Positions 51,425 through 63,843 of a DNA stretch of 64,000 nucleotides are shown here, piece by piece. The DNA comes from Chiloscyllium plagiosum (taxonomy: Eukaryota): the NCBI RefSeq assembly GCF_004010195.1, contig NC_057719.1, forward strand, positions 46,609,533-46,673,532. The letters are read 5' to 3'. A program made the translations under genes and the position numbers. The notes beneath the pieces were generated by a model. It was not told the origin of the DNA. It was given only the letters and a program-made list of their open reading frames with translations, and searched no databases. The number at the start of each line of letters is the position of its first letter. The stretch's first letter is position 1.

Positions 51425-53400
51425 TGGATGCCTGCATTTGACCCATATCCCTCTAAACTTTTCTTATCCATGTACCTGTCCAAATGTCTTTTAAATGTTG
51501 TAATTGTACTCACCTCCAACACTTCCTCTGGCAATTTGTTCCTTTTTCGCAACATCCTCTGTGTGAAAATGTTGCCCCTCAGTTCTCTGTTAAATCTTTC
51601 TCTTCTCACCTTAAACATATGGCCTCTGGCTTTGGACTCCCTTACCCTGGGGAAAAGACCTTGGCTATTCACTTTATCTATACCCCTCACAATTTTATAA
51701 ACCTCTGTAAGGTCACCCCTCAACTTCCTATGCTCCAGGGAAAAAAGTATTAGCCTATCCAGACTCTTCTTATAACTCAAACTCGCCAGTCTCGGTAACA
51801 TTCTTGTAAATCTTTTTTGTACACTGTCCAGTTTAGTAACAAACTTCCTATAGCTGGACGACCAGAATTGCAGGCAGTACTCCAAAAATGGCCCAACCAA
51901 TGTCTTCTACAGCTGTAACATTATGTCCCAACTCCTATACTCAGTGCTCTGACCGATGAAGGCAAGCGTACCAAAGGCTTCTTTGCCAGCCTGTGTACCT
52001 GTGCCACCACTTTCAAGGAACTGTGCACCTGCACCCCTTGTTCTTTCTGTTCAACAACACTCCACAGGGCCCTACCACTAACTGTATAAATCCTGCTCTG
52101 GTTATCTTACAAAATCTTACCTTACATTTAACTAAGTTTTTAAAAATCTTCCATTCCCTGGCCCACTGGCCCAGTTGATCAAGGTCCCATTGTACTCTTA
52201 GATGACCTTCGTCATTGTCCACTATACCACCAATTTTGGTGTCATCGGCAAACTTACTAATCATGCCTTATATACTTTCATCCAAGTGATCTACATAAAT
52301 GATGAACCACGGTGGACCCAGCATTGATCCTTGCGGCACACACTGGCTACAAGCCTCCACTCTGAACAACAACCCTCTACCACCACCCTCTATCTCCAAC
52401 CATCAAACTAATTTTGTTTTCATTTGGCTAGCTCTCCTTATATCCCATGTGATCTAACCTTACTAACCAGTCTAACCAGTCTACCATGTAAAACCTTCTC
52501 AAAGGCCTTGCTAAAGTCCATATAGACAATGTCTATCACTCTGCCTTCATCTGTCTTAGAACATAGAAGAATACAGCGCAGTACAGGCCCTTCGGCCCTC
52601 GATGTTGCGCCGATCCAAGCCCACCTAACCTACACTAGCCCACTATCCTCCATATGCCTATCCAATGCCCGCTTAAATGCCCATAATGAGGGAGAGTCCA
52701 CCACTGCTACTGGCAGGGCATTCCAAGAACTCACGACTCGCTGAGTAAAGAAATCTTCAAATCTTCATGGTCACCTCTTCAAAAAATTCAGTCAAGTTTG
52801 TGAGACATGAATTCCCACCTACAAAGCCTGATCAGTCCTTGCCTTTCTAAACGTATGTAGACCCTGTTTCTCAGAATCCCTCCAACAACTTATCCACGAC
52901 TGAAGTCAGGCTCACTGATCTGTACTTCCCAGGCTTTTCCTTGCAGCCTTTCTTCAATCATGGCACCACATTAGCCAGCCTCCAGCCTACCAGCACCTCA
53001 CCCCTGGCTGTCTGTGATACAAATACCTCTATTAGGGGCCTTTCAATTTCTTTCCTATCTTTCCATAATGTCCTGGGATACACTTGATCAGGTCCTGGAG
53101 ATTAATCTACTCCCCAAAACCTCCTCTTCTGTAATGTCAGCTCTCTTCAAGCATCTGGATTTATTTCCCCAAGTTCCCTGGCTTCTATCTCTTTCTCTAC
53201 AAGAAATACTGATGTGAAATAGTTGTTTGAGACTTCATCCATATCCTGTGGTTCAACATATAAATGGCCTCATTGATAGTTAAGGGGCCCAAATCACTCC
53301 CTAGTTACTTTTTTGGCCTTAATATACTTGTTGAATCTCCCTGGATTCTCCTTAACCTTACCAGCCAAAGCTATCTCATGGTCCCATTTTGCCTTAATGT
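51425..53400 (-). mobile_element. CR1 LINE (RT to 3' end), with a nested CR1 3' end at ~52555-52752
   Basis: ORFs 51394..51900 and 52013..52264 (KFADDTKIGG). The nested piece has its own CTATGTTCTAAG tail. Confidence 0.9.
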
Positions 53401-55019
53401 TTCTGAAAATGTCTCACTAAATATTTCAGTTAAATAATTTTATTAATGGTGTCTTCCAGTGCATACATTCTCATGTCATTCTATAATCCAGAAAATTCTG
53501 AAAAGCAGAAATGACTTTTCTCAAGCATTCTGTACTGGAGATGTTGTGATGTATTAGTGAGCAATCTGCGTAAACTCAAGATGGCCAATTATAAGTCGCT
53601 TTCAGGAAGACTGGGGAAAGCGTGTCAATATATAGCAGATAAGATTTAAAAAACAGCCATATCCAGGTGAAAAGCAATTTTATCAATTTTAAATTGAGAA
53701 ATTTAAATTACAATAATTTAAATTATCTCATGTTTTTTCTTAAAAGTTGCCAGATGCAATAATTCACTAACTTTGCATCATAATGACTACACAGCATTAG
53801 TAATGCCAGATTATGGTTGACTTCTGGGTTCCAGGTTAATTTTGCAGATGGAAAAAATAATGAACAGTGCATTTGTTGTGTGTTTTTCTGTTTGTGTATT
53901 CACAACAATTATATTTTCTCCACAAATCTGCTTTCTTTGTGAATCTAACAGATACTTTAAAACAAATAGATATTATCCAGCTCCTGTGCTATCTGTAATT
54001 TTGATTTAGAAAGCAATTTCTACAACTTCAATCCTCCACCATTTGTTATCTGTGCTTTGTGGGTGGATACATCTTTAAGAAGACTAGTCCACTTTTATGT
54101 TAAAGCAATTTGGAGGAATATTCCTCCACCTTATAGCCTCAAAATGGAAAACAGTTCTTAACTTAAATGGCCTCCTGGTTCTGAAGTCTCTTCCCGCTGT
54201 CTTCACCTGATGGATAAGCCATGTTGAATTTGCCACTAAGGACACAGTTAACATTAGAGTAGGAGACCAGTGGGGACATCTGCATGCTTGAAGAACCACC
54301 TTTCTGGTTTTTGTCCTTGATGCTTGATCATGGATCCAGATTGCAACTGAAGATGGCAGTACCCATGCGGGACATTAAAAAAAAAGTCACCTAGTGAATT
54401 TAACTGCTCATTTGTCCATATTTTCCCTTTAAAAAAAATCTGAAAACAAGACACCAACTTGGTTCAGGATTTTCAAAAATGATTGGCAAAATATATAATT
54501 GGATATCTTTCATTTTATTATATCTTTACATTGTTGTTAAATATCAATAGAACTTCAGTTGACGTCTTTTGGCACTGTTCACTCCAGATGTGGTAATTTT
54601 ATTGGTGGGAGTGTTGCATTTCTGCAACGCAGAGTCATGAAGGGCATGATCTCATTGATACTACACAGCCAGGCATCAAAAATCAAATTATATGCCAGAA
54701 AGTCATCTTGGTTCAGTCAGTGGTACTGTTTCCCAGATTCTGAGGTTTGTGGGTTTAAGTGGAAATGGATCCAGATCCATTTTCTTCATGTTTTCAGATT
54801 CCTACTATAAGTACTCTATCAAGAGAAGGCATGGGTGCTGTTGTGGAACAATATCATGGCCCTCATCCAGAGGTAGCAAAATAGAAAATCAGACAATTTG
54901 TCTCGAGCTGTGGTAATGTGCCTACTTAAGTACCTACAAACACTAATAACAAAAGGTTGGGCACAGGTCTTCAAGAATGACTAATGGTGTAGGAAAAGGG
55001 ACAAAGCATTACAGCTTAA

Positions 55020-55500
55020 AAGTACAAACAATTTGTGTCTACATAACATCTTTCACATAGTAAAACATTTGAAGGCACTTCACAGGAGATTTATCAAACA
55101 AAATTTGACACAGAGCCACATAAGGAAATATTAGGACAGATAACCCAAAACTTGATTAAATAGATAGATTTTAAGGAGTGCCTTGAAGGAGGAAGGGTAG
55201 CTGGAGAGGCAGAGAGGTGAGAGGTAGAATTCCAGAGGGTCTTACCAGCTGGAAAAGACAGTACTAATGGTAAAGCTATTAATATCAGAGTGCACAATAA
55301 GCTAGAATTGGATGTACAGATATCTCAGAGTTGCAAAGCTGGAAGAGATTACAGAGAAAGGGAGGAAACAAGGCCATAGATGGATTGGTGAACAAGGATA
55401 AGAATTTTGAAATCAAAGAGTTTCTCAATTGACAGCGAATGTAGATCAATGAGCATAGGGAGAACAAAACCACATTTAAGGTAAGATACTGGCAGCAGAG
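55020..55500 (-). mobile_element. L2-type LINE 3' end, degenerate
   Basis: Minus strand reads LIDLHSLSIEKLFDFKILILVHQSIYGL, resembling the L2 motif LHWLP..FKIL.L....GLAP; then TLWNS. Confidence 0.65.
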
Positions 55501-56524
55501 TATAAAAAGTGGAGCAAGAAACAAAAATGCTGTAACTGTAAACTACTCTTTTTGATCCCGAATCTCCCCAGGCCTGGTTTCACTTTTGCACTGTCATTTT
55601 ACAGAGAGACCGGCTTTGGTTCTTTCTGACAAATTGATTGGAAGCCTCATAGGGGCAATTCCTTCTTTTTGCTGTACTGATTCTACAGAAAATTTATTAC
55701 ATAGAAATCTGCTCCCTTTTTCTCACAGGCAAATTGATGCTAAGCATCTTGCAACCTTTTCAATTCAGAAAGATGCCTGAGTGGGGATTAGGAGTGCACA
55801 AGGCAATAGAGGTACTGTCTTCACCTTGGTTCCTGCCATGTACATTGGAAAACAGATGTAAGTCTTCCTTCTGGCATAGCAAAACTCTAAAGTACCTGAT
55901 CAAACTATGAACAGAAACCTGGGGGATATTAGTAATGCCACCTGGTTCAGCCAAGTCATGTTGACAACTACAGTCAGCAATGCCCATGCTGTGGTAAAAA
56001 GTGGGACCACAACAGGCAAGCTCACTGGTAACTTCCTTAATGAAGGAAAGCTCCTTCTCAATGAACACAAAGGATCTTTGAGAAGTCTGTGTATAATTTC
56101 CTGCATGCTGTACTTCTCCTTCTCTCTTCTACCCAGCCCAGAGAGGTGTATTCCTTCTTCTGATCCTATAGCCGCAAAGGCACATCTGCCAGACGAAGGA
56201 CAGCTGCTGGAAAATGCTTTGATCGCAGACAACACTAGCCAAAGTTCTTATTAGAGAAGTTCTTAATAGTTTTACAAGGCTTAAATAGACATAGCATAAA
56301 CCAAAGAATCAACAAATTCTGCTTTAATAAGACGCCTTGTAAATAGCACTACTGCAAGTTCCATGATGCTATGGAATACTGACTGAGCTTATCATCTGAC
56401 ATGTTAAATATCTAATTTTTCAGAAGGTCTGACAGTGAACAATATACATTAATACAGGTTGAACCTGCACACACAATTGCCACATTGAACTCTTTTGGTA
56501 ACTGTAACAAGGTGTGAAACTTAG

Positions 56525-57030
56525 TGTCATTGAGTCATAGAGATGTGCAGCATGGAAACAGACCCTTCGGTCCAACTCGTTCATGCCGACTAGATGTCCT
56601 AATCTAGTCCAGCATTTGGCCATATCCCTCCAAACCCTTCCTATTCATATACCCATCCAGATGACTCTTAAATGTTGTAATGGTACCAGCCTCCACCACT
56701 TCCTCTGGCAGCTCATTCCATATACGTACCACCCTCTGCATGAAACAGTTGCCACTTAGGGCACTTTTAAATCTTTCCCCTCTAACCCTAAACCTATGCC
56801 CTCTAGTTCTGGACTCCCCCATCCCAGGGAAAAGACCTTGTCTATTTATCCTATCCATGCCCTTCATGATTTTATAAACCTTATAACGTGACCCCTCAGC
56901 CTTTGACGCTCCAGGGAAAATAGCCGCAGCCTACTCAGCCTCTCCCTACAGCTCAAACCCTTCAACCCTGGCAACATCCTTGTAAACCTTTCCTGAACCC
57001 TTTCAAGTTTCACAACATGATTCCTTTAGC
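56525..57030 (-). mobile_element. CR1 3' end
   Basis: ORF 56604..56867 has SRTRGHRFRVRGERF..QRVVRIWNELP. Confidence 0.92.
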
Positions 57031-57415
57031 TGGGAGATCACTCTTCTAGGATAATTTTATATGGCTAAATCCTACTTCTTATTATTAAAAAAAATATTTT
57101 TGTCCAAACTTTAAGCCATTGTCTCATTAAAACCCATTTAGAAAGCCACATCTGAGGTATCTGAAAGTTGTTGGAACTGACATCCAAGCTACAGTGCCAA
57201 TGTCCTCTCATGACATACAGAGAGAAATTGAATAAAATAGGCTTATATTCCCTGGAGTTTGAAGAATGATGTGTGATCAAATTGTGTGATCAAATTGAAA
57301 CATTTACAAGCCTTAAAAAATTTGAAACAAAAACAGAGAATGCTGGAGAAACTCGCAGGTCTGGTATCATCTGTGAAGAGGGAAACAGAGTTAATTATTC
57401 AAATCCAATATGATA

Positions 57416-57993
57416 TGTAGTGAGTTTTGGGAAGATTTGTAGCACAGGTTGAGGTTCTGGATGTAAGTTTGCTTGCTGAGCTGGAAGGTTCATTTTCAGA
57501 TGTTTCATCACCATACTAGGTAGCATTATCAGTGAGCCTCCGGTGATCCACTTTCTGTTTGTGTTTAGGTTTCCTTGGGTTGGTGGTGTCATTTCCTTTG
57601 GTGATGCCATTTCCTATCTCTAGTATCCTTACATACAGATGAAGAAGGACTCCTCTTCGACTGGGACAACACATCCAACTTAGGACAAGCTAAAGAGAGA
57701 CACGCATTAGAATTCCTAGAAGCATGGTATTCCAACTGGAATTCTATCAACAAACACATTGACTTGAACCCCGTTTACCACCCTCTGGGAAAAATAACAG
57801 GAAATGACATCACCACAGGAAATGATATTACCACTGGAAATGACACCACCAATCCAAGGAAACCTAAACACATGAATAGAAGTGGGTCTTAATACCAGTG
57901 CTTCACCGGAGGCTCACGATGATGTTACCTAGTATGGTGACAAAACGTCTGAAAATGATCCTTCCAGCTCAGTGAGCAAACTTACATCCACAC
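57416..57993 (+). mobile_element. Penelope-like element 3' end with inverted pseudo-LTR (family 2), 7-bp TSD
   Basis: ~57655-57790 encodes FDWDNTSNLGQAKERHALEFLEAWYSNWNSINKHIDLNPVY (GIY-YIG C-terminus). 57416-57610 is an inverted copy of the 3' end. TATGATA lies at 57409-57415 and 57994-58000. Confidence 0.85.
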
Positions 57994-58499
57994 TATGATA
58001 CTTCTTCAGAATTGAAGAGAGAGATGATAACTTTTATAATGTTGAAAAAGATAGGGAGGAGCAAGTTGAACAGAAGGTAAGTCAGGGAAAACTTAGGGAT
58101 TAGAGATCACAGAACAAAATTAGGTGGAGTTCTGTAAAGTGGACTCCCCAATGTAGAGGAGATCCCACTGAGAGTGGCAAATGCAGTACACAAGATTGAA
58201 AGAAGTTCAAGTAAACTGCAGTTCTCTGGAGTCCTTGGACCTTGAAAACTGAGGAAGGAGGAAGAATCAGGAAGTATGACCTTGAATTTCTGATCACTTG
58301 CTATTTTAATATTCCAACATGCTCTCATGGTTGCATTTCTGTTCTAGAGCTGCTGCAGTGTTCCAGGGAAGTCCAGTGCAAGCTATTTCTATTTCAGGTT
58401 TCTAATATGTGCAAGATTTTACTTCTATCTTAAAGAATCTGACAGAGTCGATGCGGAGAAAATATTTCCTTTAGCTGAGAACAGTGGGTCATCATTGTA

Positions 58500-58795
58500 G
58501 GCAGCATGGTGGCTCAGTGGTTAGCACTACTGCTTCACAGCACCAGGGACCCAGGTTTGTGTCCAGCCTCAGCCAACTATCTGTGTGTAGTTTGCACCTT
58601 TTCCCTGTGTCTGTGTGGGTTTCCACCGGATGCTCCAGTTTCCTCCCACAGTCCAAAGATGTGCAGGATAGGTGGATTGGCCATGCTGAAATTATCCATA
58701 CTGCTCAGGGATGAGTAGGCTAGGTGGACTAGCCATGGTAAATGTGGCATTAATGGGCTGAATGGCCTCCTTCAGCACTGTAAGGGTTCTATGGT
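58500..58795 (+). mobile_element. HE1-type V-SINE, degenerate
   Basis: TGGCTCAGTGGTTAGCAC head, V-domain and tail. Confidence 0.85.
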
Positions 58796-60877
58796 CTCAG
58801 AGTAAGAGTTTCGACATTTAGAATTAAGACAAAGTGAACCTCTTTTACAAAATTAAAAGGCTATGCTCCATGATTGGGACAGGGGGTTTCATAAATTATT
58901 GAGTGTAATAGGAGTTAAGAAATATTGGGTAAGTGCAGGAAGGTAGAAGTGAGGTAGGAAAGTAGAATTGAGGTGGATGGTCAGCCATGGTTTGACTGAA
59001 TGGTAGAATAGGCTTCAAGGGCTAATTAGTCTTGTTTGGGTCTTAGTTTACATGAATTGTGGGCCCACCAAAATATGTCAGAGGAAGTTAACTTCATTTA
59101 ATTATGCTCAACAAGTGCCCAGATTATAAGGGAGATATCTCAGGTGGGCATTAACTGCCTTGCATGGCAATGTTTAGGACATGTAGCAATTCCGAAAGGG
59201 CTCCATGGAAACGGAATTGTTTTAACAGAAAGTTGGGACCTCATTTGTCGCTCCCAACAGACTCCTGCAGAAATTACTCTGCGAGTGCACCGGAAACTTC
59301 TTGTCCCAGTATATTTGACCAAGCCTATGTAGAGGCAGTGTTGTGAAGTTTGTTGCTCTAGTCCCCCTGGTAACAGTCTTAACAGGGGCATAGCACATAA
59401 TTTTCATGTAAATACAGAAATCATCACTGCTTGATTAACAGTTCCCTTTTGAATTTGAGGAGCCAGTTTTCAAAATCCATGAGGTTCCAGCAAATCTTTT
59501 CTGATATATAAAAGCCGGTTTCTATCATTTTCGATATGAAACTTATTTAAAATCCCTGCAGGAGAAGGAATTCTGAAATCTTTAATAAAAGACAACAGGA
59601 GACATTTTGGAAAGAATGGACACATTGAAAATCCTGATGGCCATGAAAAAAAGTACATTCTTCACTTCGAGAGATTAGTTCATCATTGTCAGCATGTCAG
59701 AATTTTTTTCTCACCATGGAGAATCTCCCAGGACAGAGACCATCTTTGCTTTTTCATTAAATAGAAGTATGTTTACCAAAATGAAGTCAGAAGTCTTCTG
59801 CCTCAAGGAATGCCAAATTTTAAAAAGCAGGTAGCATCCAGGATGACTATAACATAGACAATGGTTTTCAGCTTAGCTTTTCAGTCAACTCACTCTAAGA
59901 GTATTTTAACGTGCCCTACCATTCTAGAAAAAATTCTGTTATTTTCTTGGTGATCTTAGAACTTAGATGATAACAGCATCATCTTATATAGGATGTTTAA
60001 CATGCTAAAATGCCCCAAGGCTCCTTACAGGAGTATTGCAAGTCAAAATATGTCACCAGGCCATATAAATACCTCAAAATACTTGCAAACTAGTTTGGTG
60101 CAGGCTTTGACAAGCATATTTGCAAACATTCATCGAAATCTCAATAAGAGCGTCGAGTTTAAGAAGCTGAGATTTATCTATAAGAGTGATGAAAGCTATG
60201 ACAGCTTTTACACTCCATGATCCCTTGGGGAGAGAGGGGGAGATGGTTGGGGTTGGGGGCGGGGTGGGGGGCGCGAGGGGAGTGCTAATTTACAGTCATA
60301 GACTCATGGAGTCATACTGCATGGAAACAGACCCTTCGGTCCAACCAGTCCATGCCGACCATGATCCCAAAATAAACTGGTCCCCCCCCACCTGTGCCTG
60401 GCCCATATCCATCCAAATATTTCTTAGTCATATACTTATCTAAATGTATTTTAAATGTTGTAACTGGACCCGCATTCATGACTTCCTCTGGAAGTTCATT
60501 CCACACACGAACCAGTTTCTGTGTAAACTAACTGCCCCTCATGTTCTTTTTAAATATTTCTCCTTCACCTTAAAAATGTGCCCCCCTCGTCTTGAAATTC
60601 CTCATTCTATGGAAAAAACACCAGCCATTCGCCTTATTTATACACCTCATGATTTTATAAAACCTTATACGGTCACCCTTCAGTCTCCCTCGCTCCCAGT
60701 GAAAAAGTACCAACCTATCCAGCTTCTCCCCATAACTCAAACCCTCCATTCCTGGCAAAATCCTGGTAAATCTCTTCTGAACCCTCTCCAGTTTAATAAT
60801 ATCCTTCCTATAACAGGGTGACCAGAAGGGTTTATGCCTGAAATGTCGACTCGCCAGATCCATCCTGATGAATGGCT

Positions 60878-61625
60878 TATAGAGTCATAGAAAACACCCA
60901 CAACCTACCCAACCTCTCCTTATAGCTCAACTCCTCCAACCCTGGCAACATCCTTGTAAATCTTTTCTGAACCCTTTCAAGATTTGGAACATACTTCCGA
61001 TAGGAAAGAGACCAAAATTGCATGCAATATTCCAAAGGTGGCCTAACCGATGACCTGTACAGCAGCAACATGACCTCCCAACTCCTATACTCAATACTCT
61101 GACTAATAAAGGAAAGCCTTCTTCACTATCCTATCTCCCTGCGACTCCACTTTTAAGGAGCTATGACCCTGCACTCCAGCAACACTCCCTAGGACCTTAC
61201 CATTAAGGGGATAAGCCCTGCTAAGATTTGCTTTCCCAAAATGCAACACCTCACATTTATCTAAACTAAACTCCATTTGCTACTTCTCAGCCCATTGGCC
61301 CATCTGATCAAGATCCGTTGTAATCAGAGGTAACCTTCTTCGCTGTCCACTACACCTCCAATTTTGGTGTCATCTGCAAACTTACTAACTATACCTCTTA
61401 TTCTCACATCCAAATCATTTATATAAATGATAAAAAGTAGTGGACCCAGCACTGATCCTTGTGGCAATCCACTGGTCACAGGCCTCCAGTCTGAAAAACA
61501 ACCCTCCAAAACCACCCTCTGTCTTCTACCTTTGAGCTAGTTCTGTATCCAAATGGCTAATTCTCCCTGTATTCCATGAGATCTAACCTTGCTAATCAGT
61601 CTCCGATGGGGAACCTCGTTGAATG
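60878..61625 (-). mobile_element. Nested CR1 fragment inside a Penelope-derived insert
   Basis: [34 protein letters not shown], with its own CTATGACTCTAT tail. Confidence 0.85.
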
Positions 61626-62388
61626 CCTGACTTGCTGAATCTCCTGCCCCTTGGATGCTGCCTGACCTGCTGTGCTCTTCCAGCATCATATTTTTCGACT
61701 CTGATCACCAGCATCTGCAATACTCACTTTCTCCTGACCAGAAATGGACACAGTACTCCAGAAAAGACCTCAGCAACATCCTGTACAACCTCAACATAAT
61801 GTTCCATGCCTATACTCAAACGTCTGAGCAATGAAGGCAAGTGTACTAAAAGCCTTCTCAATCACCTTGTTTATATGTGATGCAAACCTCAAAGAATTAT
61901 GTACCTGAACTTATTTTGTTCTACAATACTACCTAAGGCCTTACCTTTAATTGTATAAATCTTACTCTTTTTGTTTTATCAAAATGCAATACCTCGCATT
62001 TATCCAAATTAAACTCCATCTGCCACACTTCAGCCCAATGACCAATTGATCAAGATCTCTTTGTAATCTTAGGTAACCTTCTTCGTTGTCTACTATACAA
62101 CAAATTTTGGTGTCATCTGCAAACCTACTAGCCATGTGTTCTAAATTCTCATCTAAATCGTTTATATAAATTACAAACAAAAGAAAGCCCAGTCTTGATC
62201 CCTGTGGAACACTACTGGTCACAGGTCTCTGAAAAATAACCCTCCACCATTACTCACTGTCTCTTGTTGTTAAGCCAATTTTATATTCAATTGGCAAGTT
62301 CACCCTGAATCTCATGTGATTTAACTTTACTAATTAACGTACTATGTGGAACCTTGTCAAAGGTTTTACTGAAGTCCAAGTAAACAAC

Positions 62389-62574
62389 AGGAAAAATTGA
62401 CGTTTCGGGCAAAAGCCCTTCAACAGGAAATGGGCAGCCCTTACTGATGAAGGGCTTTTGCCCAAGACATTGATTTTTCCTGCTCCTCGGATGCTGTCTG
62501 GCCTGCTTTGCTTCTCCAGCACCACTCTAATCTTGACTCTGATCCCTAGCATCTGCAGTACCCACCTCCGTCTC
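62389..62574. mobile_element. Penelope-derived insert (family 1) with two head-to-head hammerhead-like motifs, 15-bp TSD
   Basis: GTCCAAGTAAACAAC at 62374-62388 and 62575-62589. Minus strand CTGTTGA-A-GGGC-TTTT-GCCC-GAAA-CGTC; plus strand CTGATGA-A-GGGC-TTTT-GCCC-AAGA. Confidence 0.8.
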
Positions 62575-62996
62575 GTCCAAGTAAACAACGTCTACTGGCT
62601 CTGCCCTCATCAGTCTTCTTCATTACTTCCTGAAAAATATCAATCAAGTTTGTGAGACACGATTTCCCTCCACAAAACCATGCTGACTATCCCTAATCAA
62701 TCCCTAATCAATCCTTGCACATAAATCCTATCTTTTAGAATCACCTCCAACAATTTATCTACCATCAAAGTCAGGTCGAGAGCTCCCAGGCTTCTCCTTA
62801 CATCCTTCCTTCAGCAAGCTTACAACATTAGCCACACTCTAGTCCTCCGGTACCTCAACCATAGTTATAGATGATACAAATATTTCTAAAAGGGATGCTG
62901 CAATTTCCTCCCTAACTTCCCACAACCTCCTGGGATGCACTAGATCAGATCTGGAGATTTATCCACCTTTGCATTTGCTAGGACCTCCAAGACTTC

Positions 62997-63843
62997 AAGG
63001 ACTGATTTGGGATAGTCAACATGGCTTTGTGCATGGGAAATCATGTCGTACAAACTTGATTGAGTATTTTGAAGAAGAAACAAAGAAGATTGATGAGGGC
63101 AGAGCAGTAGATGTGATCTATATGTATTTCAGTAAGGCATTCAACAAGGTTCCCCATGGGAGACTGATTAGCAAGGTTAGATCTCAGGGAATACAGGGAG
63201 AACTAGCCATTTGGATACAGAACTGGCTCAAAGGTAGAAGACAGAGGGTGGTGGTGGATGGTTGTTTTTCAGACTGGAGGCCTGTGACCAGTGGAGTGCC
63301 ACAAGGATCGGTGCTGGGCCCTCTACTTTTTGTCATTTACATGAATGANNNNNNNNNNNNNNNNNNNNNNNNNNNNNNNNNNNNNNNNNNNNNNNNNNNN
63401 NNNNNNNNNNNNNNNNNNNNNGTTCAGAAAAGATTTACAAGGATGTTGCCAGGGTTGGAGGATCTGAGCTACAGGGAGAGGCTGAACAGGCTGGGACTGT
63501 TTTCCCTGGAGCGTCAGAGGCTGAGGGGTGACCTTATAGAGGTTTACAAAATTGTGAGTGGCATGGATAGGATAAATAGACAAAGTCTTTCCCTGGGGCA
63601 ACTTTTTCACGCAGAGGGTGGTACGTGTATGGGATGAGCTACCAGAGGATGTGGTGGAGGCTGGTACAATTGCAACATTTAAGAGGCATTTGGATGGGTA
63701 TATGAATAGGAAGGATTTGGAGGAATATGGGCCGGGTGCTGGCAGGTGGGACTAGATTGGGTTGGGATATCTGGTTGGCATGGACGGATTGGATCGAAGG
63801 GTCTGTTTCCGTGCTGTACATCTCTATGATTCTATGACTCTAT
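62997..63843 (+). mobile_element. CR1 LINE (RT to 3' end) spanning the second gap
   Basis: ORF 62969..63637 has [20 protein letters not shown]; (CTATGACT) tail; GACTTC on both flanks. Confidence 0.9.
63349..63421. other. Assembly gap (73 N)
   Basis: Run of N. Confidence 1.

Noticed and set aside
53400..56300. Unique-looking DNA with short ORFs and possible minus-strand splice acceptors (candidate nested gene such as NRIP2)
   Set aside because: No translation resembled a protein I recognise, and splice-like motifs alone are insufficient. RNA-seq or tBLASTn would be needed.
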